Of a stretch of 64,000 bases of DNA, positions 11,364 through 20,121 are shown one piece after another. The translations under genes were made by a program, and so were the position numbers. Source of the DNA: an uncultured delta proteobacterium (GTDB lineage: Bacteria; Desulfobacterota; Desulfobacteria; Desulfobacterales; JAFDCJ01). Under the pieces are notes generated by a model that worked only from the letters and a program-made list of their open reading frames with translations, was not told where the DNA came from and made no database searches. The DNA is taken from contig CAVYNY010000010.1 in assembly GCA_963769935.1 (NCBI GenBank), forward strand, positions 512,001 to 576,000. Direction: 5' to 3'. The stretch's first letter is position 1; every line of letters starts with the position of its first letter.

Positions 11364-11453
11364 ACGATCCCGGCCCGACGGGCCGGACTTTGAATTGTCA
11401 ACTAAGGGGCTGTGAAATTAAAATTTTAGAGTGCCGGCTTCCGGCTCGAAAGG

Positions 11454-11626
11454 GTATTGGAGTGATGGAGTACTGGAGTAATGGAAAAAGGCTGGATGTC
11501 TGTTTTTTCAACACGAAAACACGAAATTTAAAAAACACGAAACTTTTATATTCTCTTTTTCGTTCTTTCGTGCTTTCGTGATTAATTTCTTTTTTGGTTC
11601 TCCGCCTCCGGCGGATCCAGGTTAGG
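11454..11626. repeat. Octamer arrays and palindromic modules
   Basis: (GGAGTRNT)n at 11454-11484; CACGAAA-type left arm 11511-11543 inverted against TTTCGTG-type right arm 11558-11582; TCCGCCTCCGGCGGA hairpin before the RBS. Confidence 0.75.
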
Positions 11627-11633
11627 AGCATTT

Positions 11634-13124
11634 ATGATGTTAGAGCAAAGATCTTTTCCTGTTCTGACGGCCGAAGAAGCTGTTATGCATATCAAAGACG
11701 GCGACGCGGTGGCCTTTAGCGGGTTCACCCCGGCCGGCGCGGCCAAGGCCGTGCCCAAGGCATTGGCCAAACGAGCGCTGCAGGAGCACGCGCTCGGGCG
11801 TCCGTTCAAACTGCGCATCCTGACGGGCGCATCCAGCGGCCAGGAAATCGATGAGGATTTGGCCCGCGCGGAAGCCGTCGTCTGGCGCGGACCGTATCAA
11901 GCCGGCCAGGCCATCCGGCAGCAAATCAACCGGCAGCAGGTGGAATATGTGGATATGCACCTGTCCCATGTTCCCCAAACCATCGCCTTCGGCTTCTTCG
12001 GCCGGATTAATTTCGCCGTGGTGGAAGCCACCGAGATTACCCCCGACGGCCGTGTGTACCTGAGCACCTCCATCGGCGCATCGCCCACCTATCTGCAATA
12101 TGCCGACAAGGTCTTCATCGAAATCAATCGGAGCCAATCGCCTCGGCTGCGGGAAATGGCCGACATTTTTGTCATGCCGCCCCCGCCGCACCGCAATGCC
12201 ATCCCGCTGTTCGATCCGTTGACCCGCATCGGTTGGCCCTATGCCCAGGTGGACCCCAAAAAAGTCATCGGCATCGTCTATAATGATGAACCCGACCGCG
12301 TCGACGAATTCGCGCCGCCCGACGAGCACAGCCGCCAAATCGCGCAGTATGTGGTCGAATTTTTGCTGAGTGAAAAACGGGCCGGTCGGATTCCGGCGGA
12401 TTTCCTGCCCCTGCAGGCCGGGGTCGGCAACGTGGCCAATGCCGTCCTCGGGGCCATCGGCGAACATCCCGACATCCCGCCCTTTAAAATGTATTCCGAG
12501 GTCTATCAGGATGCAATGGCCGACCTGATGGAGGCGGGTAAATTGCAGGGAGCCAGCGCAACGAGCCTGACGCTGACAGCGGCACGTTTGCAAAGAATTA
12601 CGGAGAACTTCGACTTCTTTGCCCCGCGGATTGTTTTGCGGCCGCAGGAAATTTCCAACCACCCGGGAATCATTCGTCGCCTGGGCGTCATTGCGATGAA
12701 CACGGCGCTGGAAATCGATATCTACGGCAACGTGAATTCATCGCATCTATACGGTATGGATGTCATGAACGGCATCGGCGGCAGCGGCGAATTCACCCGC
12801 AACAGCTATCTGTCTATTTTCATGACGCCGTCCATCGCCAAAGACGGGAAGATCTCCAAAATTGTGCCCATGTGTCCCCACATCGACAACAATGAGCATT
12901 CGGTTCAGGTGGTCGTCACGGACCAGGGGCTGGCGGATCTCAGGGGCCTGGGGCCCATGCAGCGGGCCAGGCTAATTATTGAAAAATGCGCTCACCCCCT
13001 TTACCGAGATTATCTGCAGCGCTATATCAAAGAGGCCCGCACCGGTCACATCCGCCACGACCTGACACGCTGCTTCGAACTTCACCGCAATCTCATGGAA
13101 CACGGGACGATGCTGCCGGAGTAG
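11634..13124 (+). CDS. Acetyl-CoA hydrolase / succinyl-CoA:acetate CoA-transferase family (AarC/Ach1-like)
   Basis: SGFTPAG, DMHLSH, LQAGVGNVANAV, LRPQEISN, GIGGSGEFTRN and QGLADLRGL motifs. Confidence 0.92.
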   Translation: MMLEQRSFPVLTAEEAVMHIKDGDAVAFSGFTPAGAAKAVPKALAKRALQEHALGRPFKLRILTGASSGQEIDEDLARAEAVVWRGPYQAGQAIRQQINRQQVEYVDMHLSHVPQTIAFGFFGRINFAVVEATEITPDGRVYLSTSIGASPTYLQYADKVFIEINRSQSPRLREMADIFVMPPPPHRNAIPLFDPLTRIGWPYAQVDPKKVIGIVYNDEPDRVDEFAPPDEHSRQIAQYVVEFLLSEKRAGRIPADFLPLQAGVGNVANAVLGAIGEHPDIPPFKMYSEVYQDAMADLMEAGKLQGASATSLTLTAARLQRITENFDFFAPRIVLRPQEISNHPGIIRRLGVIAMNTALEIDIYGNVNSSHLYGMDVMNGIGGSGEFTRNSYLSIFMTPSIAKDGKISKIVPMCPHIDNNEHSVQVVVTDQGLADLRGLGPMQRARLIIEKCAHPLYRDYLQRYIKEARTGHIRHDLTRCFELHRNLMEHGTMLPE

Positions 13125-13187
13125 CGTTGCATTAATCTATTTATCTCTTCATTTGGGGAAAAAAGAAAGCCGATAGGGTTGGGATGT

Positions 13188-13378
13188 TGCTGGATACTTG
13201 ATACTGGATGCTGGATACTTGATGCTGGATGCTTGTCCCAGCGGAGCGGAGATCCCGCTTATACGGGGATACTTGATATTCAGCAGTGAACCCGGATTGA
13301 GGTCTGGAAACATCCAGCATCCAGCCTGCCAGGCCGAAGCTCTTAAAGAGCGAAGGCTGGAAACCAATATCCAGGATC
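13188..13378. repeat. Heptamer inverted-arm hairpin element between convergent genes
   Basis: Left arm (TGGATGC/TGGATAC)n at 13188-13235; right arm (CATCCAG)n at 13311-13378, interrupted by the mini-hairpin CCAGGCCGAAGCTC..GAGCGAAGGCTGG. Confidence 0.8.
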
Positions 13379-13447
13379 ACGGAATGTTGCCAATGACGGC
13401 CACCATAACGGGCTATTTTCAGGAAAACATTTTATTCGACATTGGAA

Positions 13448-14353
13448 TTAAAGATCATACGGCGTTAGACTCTCAAATCCATCCGGGGTAACCAGAATGG
13501 TTTGTTCAAACTGGGCGGACAGCGAACCGTCTTTGGTAACGGCCGTCCAGTTGTCGTCCAGAACCTTTAATTCTTTTTTGCCGAGATTGATCATGGGTTC
13601 CACCGTGAAAACCATGCCCGGAATCAGCGTAATCCCGGCACCCTGCTGGCCGAAATGCGGAACCTGGGGCGCCTCATGAAATCCGAAACCGACGCCATGG
13701 CCCACAAATTCCCGCACCACCGAGCAGCCCTGCGCTTCGGCATAGGTTTGAATGGCCCAGCCGATGTCGCCCAGCGTGTTGCCGGGTTTTACTGCGGCCA
13801 TGCCTCTACGGAGACACTCCCGGGCAATGCTCACAATGTTGCGCGCATCAGGGCCGGGCGTCCCTACAAAGTAGGTCTTGTTGGCATCGGCGTAGTAGCC
13901 GTTTAGGATGGAAGTGATGTCGACATTGACAATATCGCCGTCGTTTAAAACGCGCTCCCCGGGAATCCCGTGGCAGATGACCTCGTTGACGGAAACGCAG
14001 ACGCTTTTTGGAAAACCGCGATAATTTAGAGGGGCCGGGACGGCGCCGTGCTTAACCGTAAATTCATGCACCAGGGTGTTGATTTCTTCGGTAACCAGGC
14101 CGGGTCTAAGTATGGACTCCACCAGGTCGAGCGTTTCCACCACCAGGCGCCCAGCTCGGCGGAGGCTTTCGATGTCAGGCTCTTTTTTCAGGCGGATGCC
14201 GTACTTCCGGTTATACAAATCTTCAATATCACCATCGGGCGGCAGGCTTTTTCCGAGGCAGCATTTTTTGAATTTCAACCCGCTGCCGCACGGGCAAGGA
14301 TCGTTGCGTCCAACTTTAGCCAAGTTCGTCTTCAGTTTCATTTCCTTTTTCAT
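13448..14353 (-). CDS. map: Type I methionine aminopeptidase with N-terminal SEC-C zinc-binding motif
   Basis: [18 protein letters not shown]; MetAP motifs CHGIP, GHGVG, FHEAP, TVEPMIN, AQFEQT. Confidence 0.95.
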   Translation of the reverse strand: MKKEMKLKTNLAKVGRNDPCPCGSGLKFKKCCLGKSLPPDGDIEDLYNRKYGIRLKKEPDIESLRRAGRLVVETLDLVESILRPGLVTEEINTLVHEFTVKHGAVPAPLNYRGFPKSVCVSVNEVICHGIPGERVLNDGDIVNVDITSILNGYYADANKTYFVGTPGPDARNIVSIARECLRRGMAAVKPGNTLGDIGWAIQTYAEAQGCSVVREFVGHGVGFGFHEAPQVPHFGQQGAGITLIPGMVFTVEPMINLGKKELKVLDDNWTAVTKDGSLSAQFEQTILVTPDGFESLTPYDL

Positions 14354-14643
14354 CCTTCCACCATCACCCGGTCTTCCATGTCCGACTGAAAATCAAGAAG
14401 GCATTTCATCTCCAAGCCATCGAGAAAAAATGCCTTCATTCACTCGATTTCAATTATTCACCACAAACGCAAGATCTTTCTGAGAGGCCTTCGCTCATTA
14501 AATTCGATTCTAACATTCACAGTCCTGAAACGATGGTTTCGAAGCATTCTTACAATAGTATATAATTTAAGGAATTTCAACTTGCAATATTCGATCGATT
14601 GGAGTTTTCGCAGTCAAATGCAGACGCCCGGTCAGGGGCAGCC

Positions 14644-14672
14644 TTGACAGGAACCTGAGGACTCAATATAAA
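14644..14672 (+). promoter_or_regulatory. Sigma70-type promoter of the Mo-storage-like gene
   Basis: TTGACA-N17-TATAAA, ~130 bp upstream of the ATG at 14804. Confidence 0.5.
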
Positions 14673-14803
14673 TAACTCTGCAACTGCTTCCCAAATGAAG
14701 GGGATTGCCTGGAAGTGGTAACTCAGAGCCCTGACCAGGTGAAAAACGATTGGGGCGGAAACCGCTGCCGGCAAATAGGCCGGCGGCACTGAAAGGAAAA
14801 AGG

Positions 14804-15661
14804 ATGGCAAAACTCGTTAAAGAGCAAGGCGACCGCGGCCGCCTCCATATTGAATCCAAGCTGATGGGAGAATCGCTGGTCAGCAAAGAGGTTTTGAGAA
14901 GTACCGAGGCCAAAGAGTACTTCCGTATGCATCCCGACATCAACGTCTTGAAAGTCGGCGGCCAGAGCATCATGGACCGCGGCGCCAAAGCGCTCTTTCC
15001 AATATTGGACGTATTGATAGAAGCAAAAGAGAAGTACAAAATCCTTTTGATGACCGGCGGCGGCACCCGAGCCCGGCATGTCTATAGTATCGGGGTCGAC
15101 CTGGGAATGCCCACCGGCGTGCTTTCCAAGCTGGGAGACAAGGTTTCCTGGCAAAATGCGGAAATGCTGTCGGTCCTGTTGTCAAAACACGGCGGTGTAA
15201 AAATCGGACATGGCGACAACCTGGAGCAGCTGACAATGTTCTGCCGGTTGGGCTACCTTCCGATCACATACGGCATACCGCCGTATGGTTTTTTTGAACA
15301 CCCCGCTGAATACGGCTCGATTCCGCCGCACCGCACCGATTGCGGTGCGTTTCTTCTGGCTGAAAATATCGGGGCGCGCTCTTTGATCTTTTTGAAAGAC
15401 GAAAAAGGTTTGTACGACAGAGATCCGAAAAAAGTTGCAGAATCGGCTCGCGGGGATCTTACATTTTATGACCGTATTTCGGCTAAAAAACTCATTGAGT
15501 TGGATCTGGATGACCTGATCATCGAAAGACCGATCTTAACCCTGCTGCAACGGGCTAAATGTCTGAAAGAGCTTCAAATCATTGACGCAATTCGCAACCC
15601 GGATCATATCATGGCAGCTTTGGAGGGCCAGCACGTCGGCACGATCATCTACCAGGAATAA
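14804..15661 (+). CDS. Molybdenum storage protein-like (amino-acid kinase/uridylate kinase fold)
   Basis: KVGGQSIMDRG, TGGGTRARH, IPPHRTD and KDEKGLY motifs typical of MosA/MosB-like proteins; tungstate transport genes nearby. Confidence 0.8.
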   Translation: MAKLVKEQGDRGRLHIESKLMGESLVSKEVLRSTEAKEYFRMHPDINVLKVGGQSIMDRGAKALFPILDVLIEAKEKYKILLMTGGGTRARHVYSIGVDLGMPTGVLSKLGDKVSWQNAEMLSVLLSKHGGVKIGHGDNLEQLTMFCRLGYLPITYGIPPYGFFEHPAEYGSIPPHRTDCGAFLLAENIGARSLIFLKDEKGLYDRDPKKVAESARGDLTFYDRISAKKLIELDLDDLIIERPILTLLQRAKCLKELQIIDAIRNPDHIMAALEGQHVGTIIYQE

Positions 15662-15663
15662 AA

Positions 15664-15882
15664 TCAGGCGGCCTGCCCACCGCCGTCCTTATTGCCCTGG
15701 CCGGCTTCAAGCGTAATAATCTCGGCGCCGGTGGCAGCTTTGATTTGATCCAGTTCTTTCCGGCGGATATGTTTGACATACAACTTTAAATCAGAGCCGC
15801 TGACGCCGACAACCCGGAAGCGGGGCTTTTTTTCACCTTTTTCGATTTTGCGCCGTTCGCGAACAAAAATTTTGGTGCTCAT
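15664..15882 (-). CDS. Small basic hypothetical protein (72 aa)
   Basis: AAGGAG RBS, clean ORF, protein-like composition. Confidence 0.7.
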   Translation of the reverse strand: MSTKIFVRERRKIEKGEKKPRFRVVGVSGSDLKLYVKHIRRKELDQIKAATGAEIITLEAGQGNKDGGGQAA

Positions 15883-16054
15883 ATTGCACTCCTTTTGCTT
15901 GGATGGTTGGCTTCTTTCTTAGAAAGTATAATTATAATATACACACCAAACAAGAAGTTCGGACCCGGAGGGACCGATTTTGCCGATGCGGCAGAAGTGT
16001 GCTCTTTACTTTCAGAAGCGAATCTGGTAAGGAATATATATCCTCGGAGGATAT

Positions 16055-16441
16055 ATGTCAACTAAAATAAAAAAGGCGCAAACTAAAGGGGCTGGGACAC
16101 GTTCCGGAAAGGCTGAGCGTTACATTCAACCTTCCCTTCTGCTGGGACTCAAGATCAAGCCGTCCTACGGCTATGAACTTATAAACAGCATCCATGAATT
16201 CGGGTTTGTGCAGGGCCAGGCTCCGCCGGGAATGATCTACCGGCACCTGAGGGGGCTGGAGGCGGACGGTCTGGTCCAATCAGAATGGCAGACGGAAGGC
16301 TCCGGGCCGGCCAGACGCATGTACCGTTTAACGCCGGAAGGCGACGAAGCGCTGACCCTCTGGATTGATTATATGCAAATCCAGGCGAACAATTTGATGA
16401 ATTTCATCCGGGAATACAACAAATTGGCGAAAAAAATTTAA
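16055..16441 (+). CDS. PadR-family transcriptional regulator
   Basis: SYGYEL, GMIYRHLRGLEADGLV and RRMYRLTPEG; GGAGG RBS. Confidence 0.92.
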   Translation: MSTKIKKAQTKGAGTRSGKAERYIQPSLLLGLKIKPSYGYELINSIHEFGFVQGQAPPGMIYRHLRGLEADGLVQSEWQTEGSGPARRMYRLTPEGDEALTLWIDYMQIQANNLMNFIREYNKLAKKI

Positions 16442-16481
16442 TCGAATGGAATTGGCGGGATTAGCTGCGATGGGCGCTGCT

Positions 16482-17213
16482 TTAAGATTGATCGTGTTTT
16501 TTCCTGCGTTTCCGATAAATATTCTGCCACTGGCCATTTTCCTGCGGGCTTACCAATAAAACCGGTAAATTTCCCAAAAGCCGCGGGCGCAGCCAGCCGT
16601 TGGTGACTACCGCGTCATCCGGAGCGGGAACCGCGGCATCCCTTTCTGTTGAAACGACTTTAATCCCCATATGATTCAGCTCGGAAACCGATACTTCGTC
16701 CGGCAAATTGCGCAAATTTCCAAATTCGATGAAGCGGCCGGACCAGCCCCAAACCGTCAATCCAACAGCGGCGGCGGCGCCGATGATGCCATCATTGGTG
16801 CCGCCATGACCGGAAAGATGAACCTTTTTTGCCGCCGCAACAGCCAGTTTCTGCGTGGCGACGGCCCGGGTACAAAAATGACCAAAATCGATCAGACTCC
16901 CGATGGATGGGTCAGATTCGGCCGCCACGCATAATCCGGGATCACTGCCGTCCACCGCATACTGCCGCAGATGATTGGCAGCCCTTTCGATGGTTTCATT
17001 TAAAAGTTCCGGTTCAGTCATCTCGGCGATCAGGCACGCCGCGCTGTTGTGAGAGGTATATGGAATCTCATCACACACCAGAAGCTGCTGACGAACAACC
17101 CCCAGGCATTCACATCCTTCCGGCATATCATTTTGAAACCATCTGGCGAGCTTGCCGGTGCCGTATTGTGAGTCAGGCATGTCCGAATCATCGAAACCCA
17201 AGTATACTTTCAT
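16482..17213 (-). CDS. Uncharacterised TiaS N-terminal-like (DUF1743-like) protein downstream of tupC
   Basis: GFDDSD..GTG, IPYTSHNSA, GSDPGLC and GIIGAAAAVG resemble the TiaS catalytic N-domain; starts 3 bp after the tupC stop. Confidence 0.6.
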   Translation of the reverse strand: MKVYLGFDDSDMPDSQYGTGKLARWFQNDMPEGCECLGVVRQQLLVCDEIPYTSHNSAACLIAEMTEPELLNETIERAANHLRQYAVDGSDPGLCVAAESDPSIGSLIDFGHFCTRAVATQKLAVAAAKKVHLSGHGGTNDGIIGAAAAVGLTVWGWSGRFIEFGNLRNLPDEVSVSELNHMGIKVVSTERDAAVPAPDDAVVTNGWLRPRLLGNLPVLLVSPQENGQWQNIYRKRRKKHDQS

Positions 17214-17216
17214 CGT

Positions 17217-18233
17217 CTAAATCCATTTGATCCGGTCGAGGCGATACCGGATAAAAATCGTTTTGCCGGGAAAGATGGTGTGCTCCCGGCCCTGCTGCAA
17301 AGATACCCTCACGGTGAAGGGCAGATCCCCGACCAGAATAGTGGCAAATAATTGGTCCGTTTTTCTTTCCAGGCTGAGCCGGGAAACGGTTCCTCGCAGG
17401 ACGATATTATCATCGGTGATTGATGATGGGTCTTCGCCGGCCGAAAGCACTTCGATTACGGCCGCCGCCTCTTGATCCGGCGGCGCCGGAATTTTCAGTT
17501 GCTGTCCGTCGGATAAAATTTTTACCCATTTTCCCGGTGCCGCTTCCTGCCAAGGCCCGAAAATTATGGTCTCCCGGCCTGTTCCGAAAATTTTACCCCT
17601 GAATATATGCCATATCTCATCGCAGATTTCGTAGAGCCACTGCCAATCGTGGCTGGCTACAATAAGCGTGGCACCCCACTGCCGGCGCGCCCCGAGCGCC
17701 GCCTCCTTGATAAGCTGAGCGCTGGCGGCATCGACGCTGGCAGTCGGCTCATCCAGCAAAAGGACTTTGGGTTTTAAAGCCAGCCGGGCTGCCAAAGCCA
17801 CGCGCTGGGCCTCACCGCCGGAGAGCGCATACCAGGGGCGCCGGGCAAAATCCCGGCTCGGCAAACCGACCAGCGCCAGCGCTTCGCTCACCGTAGCGGC
17901 AATATCCCTGCCGTCGCCCCTCAATTTAAGACCGTAGCAAACATTGCTGAACACGCTGCGTTTCATCAGAAAGGGCTCCTGCGGCAGGAGCGTAATCAGA
18001 AACCTGGCCTCAGTTGCAAAAGGCTCAACCGGCTGCCCGTTAAAACAGATGCTGCCGCGCGCAGGTCTTTCAATCAGGCCCAACAGTCTTAAAAGCGAAC
18101 TTTTCCCGCTGCCGTTGGGACCAATGACGCCCACGATGGATCCAGGCTGGACGGTGAGCTGCTCGATGGCCACAACCGTTTTAGCGCCATATGAATGCTC
18201 CAGGGATCGGATCTCATAGATTGGCTGGTCCAC
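17217..18233 (-). CDS. tupC: Tungstate ABC transporter ATP-binding subunit
   Basis: Walker A GPNGSGKS, LSGGEAQR, LLLDEPT; GTG start at 18233 right after the permease stop. Confidence 0.88.
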   Translation of the reverse strand: MDQPIYEIRSLEHSYGAKTVVAIEQLTVQPGSIVGVIGPNGSGKSSLLRLLGLIERPARGSICFNGQPVEPFATEARFLITLLPQEPFLMKRSVFSNVCYGLKLRGDGRDIAATVSEALALVGLPSRDFARRPWYALSGGEAQRVALAARLALKPKVLLLDEPTASVDAASAQLIKEAALGARRQWGATLIVASHDWQWLYEICDEIWHIFRGKIFGTGRETIIFGPWQEAAPGKWVKILSDGQQLKIPAPPDQEAAAVIEVLSAGEDPSSITDDNIVLRGTVSRLSLERKTDQLFATILVGDLPFTVRVSLQQGREHTIFPGKTIFIRYRLDRIKWI

Positions 18234-18235
18234 TT

Positions 18236-18925
18236 TTAATCCTTTCGCCGCAGGAACGAAACGGAGACATTCACACAAAACGCAATGGCTAAGAGTACGA
18301 GCCCCAGGGCGACGCCCAACCCGAACTGCCCCTTGTTGGTTTCCAGGGCGATGGCCGTCGTGATGGTGCGCGTGTGCCACTTGATGTTGCCGCCGACCAT
18401 CATGGAAATGCCCACTTCCGTCATGACGCGCCCGTAGGCCGCAATCGCGCCGGCCAGCAGGCCGTGCCGGGCTTCCCACAAAGTGCTGATGAAAAACTGC
18501 CGGCGATTGGCCCCCAGGGACATGATTGCGATGCGCAGTTTCTGGTCCATGCTTTCGATCGCCGTGGCACTCAGACCAGCGACGATCGGCAGGGCCAGAA
18601 TCGCCTGCCCGATGGCAATTCCGGGCACAGTGAAAAGCAGATCCAGGTTTCCCAGCGGGCCTCGATGGGTCAAGAATGCATAAACCAGCAGGCCGATAAA
18701 AACCGTCGGCAACGCCATTAATGTATCCACCACGGTTCGCAGCGGCTTTTTCCCGCTGAAGTCGAAATAGCCAAGGCAAAAACCAAGGGGTATCCCTAAA
18801 AGCAGGCTGGTTCCCATGGAATAGCTCGACACCTTGACGGTGACCCATACCGCCGAATACGTTTCCGGGTTGCCCTTTGCCAAAAAATGGATGGCCTGAA
18901 CGAATCCTTCTAAGAGAAAATTCAT
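18236..18925 (-). CDS. tupB: Tungstate ABC transporter permease
   Basis: EVGISMMVGGNI..TRTITTAIALE signature; TM helices. Confidence 0.9.
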   Translation of the reverse strand: MNFLLEGFVQAIHFLAKGNPETYSAVWVTVKVSSYSMGTSLLLGIPLGFCLGYFDFSGKKPLRTVVDTLMALPTVFIGLLVYAFLTHRGPLGNLDLLFTVPGIAIGQAILALPIVAGLSATAIESMDQKLRIAIMSLGANRRQFFISTLWEARHGLLAGAIAAYGRVMTEVGISMMVGGNIKWHTRTITTAIALETNKGQFGLGVALGLVLLAIAFCVNVSVSFLRRKD

Positions 18926-18948
18926 ACGCGAACCGGGGCGGGGACATC

Positions 18949-19009
18949 AATGCCACTGCCGGTGCAAAGGCCTTGCAAATTGTCACGACCCTTCACCGGC
19001 AGTTGCATT
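18949..19009. other. Intercistronic hairpin between tupA and tupB
   Basis: AATGCCACTGCCGGTG ... CACCGGCAGTTGCATT inverted repeat; a typical mRNA stabiliser or partial terminator after a binding-protein gene. Confidence 0.55.
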
Positions 19010-19060
19010 CTTCTTCCACAATGTTGTGTCCTATTGTTGGTAAGCAACAATAACAGGATG

Positions 19061-19903
19061 CTACATTTTGGCATTGGGTGTAAACAGGGGTTTACCCAGC
19101 AGCTTGTAGTCTTTTACCAATTTCTGCGCCGCCGGCCCTGTCATCCATTTTATAAATTGCATGGCCAGGTCGTATTTAACCTTGGGACAATGCTTCGGAT
19201 TGACGGCAATCACACTGTACTGATTCAGCAGGGCCGGATCGCCTTCCACTAAAATTTTGAGCGGAGGATTGCCTTTGAGATTGCTTTCGTATTTAATGTA
19301 CGTGCCCCGGTCGGTCAGGGTGTACCCATTGCGCTCCGCGGCGATATTGATGGACGCCAGCATTCCCTGGCCGGTCTGAACGTACCATTTTTCCTTTTCA
19401 GGAACGGGCAGGCCGGCCGCTTTCCACAATGCAAGCTCTTTCTTATTGGTTCCGGAATTATCCCCGCGGCTGATAAAATCCGCCTGCTTGTCTTTCAACA
19501 GGGTCAAGGCCTCTTTAATGGATTTGCCCTTGATCCCGGCCTTATCCGCGGCCGGTCCGATGATGACAAAATCGTTGTACATGATTTCACGACGATCCAC
19601 CCCGAATCCATCGGCCACAAATTTTTTCTCGGCCGGCGGTGCATGGACCATGAGAACGTCCACATCGCAATTCTCCCCCAATTTGAGCGCTTTGCCGGTC
19701 CCGGTGGCCGTCCAGCGCAAATCAATGCCGGTGTCCTGTTTGAAGAGCGGTGCCAGATAATCCAAAAGACCGGTGTTGTCCGTACTGGTCGTGGTAGCCA
19801 TCAGAAGAACTTTTCCTTCTTCAGCTCCGGCTGCCGCAACAAAAACGCAAATGACCAACATCGCGGTCAAAATAAGCCCCATCTTGTGTATCGCTCGATT
19901 CAT
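19061..19903 (-). CDS. tupA: Tungstate ABC transporter substrate-binding protein
   Basis: Signal peptide, ATTTSTDNTGLL (TTTS motif), VHAP, MYNDF, SRGDNSGT, YTLTDRGT. Confidence 0.93.
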   Translation of the reverse strand: MNRAIHKMGLILTAMLVICVFVAAAGAEEGKVLLMATTTSTDNTGLLDYLAPLFKQDTGIDLRWTATGTGKALKLGENCDVDVLMVHAPPAEKKFVADGFGVDRREIMYNDFVIIGPAADKAGIKGKSIKEALTLLKDKQADFISRGDNSGTNKKELALWKAAGLPVPEKEKWYVQTGQGMLASINIAAERNGYTLTDRGTYIKYESNLKGNPPLKILVEGDPALLNQYSVIAVNPKHCPKVKYDLAMQFIKWMTGPAAQKLVKDYKLLGKPLFTPNAKM

Positions 19904-19942
19904 AGCGTCTCTCCTTTCGCAATAGTAGAACAGTAATACGGA

Positions 19943-19960
19943 ATATCAAAAGGTTGATAT
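19943..19960. promoter_or_regulatory. Candidate operator palindrome upstream of tupA
   Basis: ATATCAA-AAGG-TTGATAT, 40 bp upstream of the tupA start. Confidence 0.4.
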
Positions 19961-20121
19961 CGTCTATGGTTCTTGATTTTCATTTGATTGATACTAAATA
20001 AAAAAAGAAAAAATGCGCCGCATTAAATAATTAATCCGCCGAACCTTCGATCTAACGACTTTCTTCAGTTGTCAAAGAACACTTCACAACCATGAATAGG
20101 CCATTTTAAAGGGCGGATTAA

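Noticed and set aside
14630..14740. 6S RNA or TPP riboswitch
   Set aside because: It contains GAACCTGA but lacks the CTGAGA core of TPP and the long rod with central bubble of 6S; a promoter explains part of the sequence.
17217..18986. 589-aa ORF as listed in the track
   Set aside because: Its N-terminal 250 aa overlap tupB in another frame; the real tupC most likely starts at GTG 18233.
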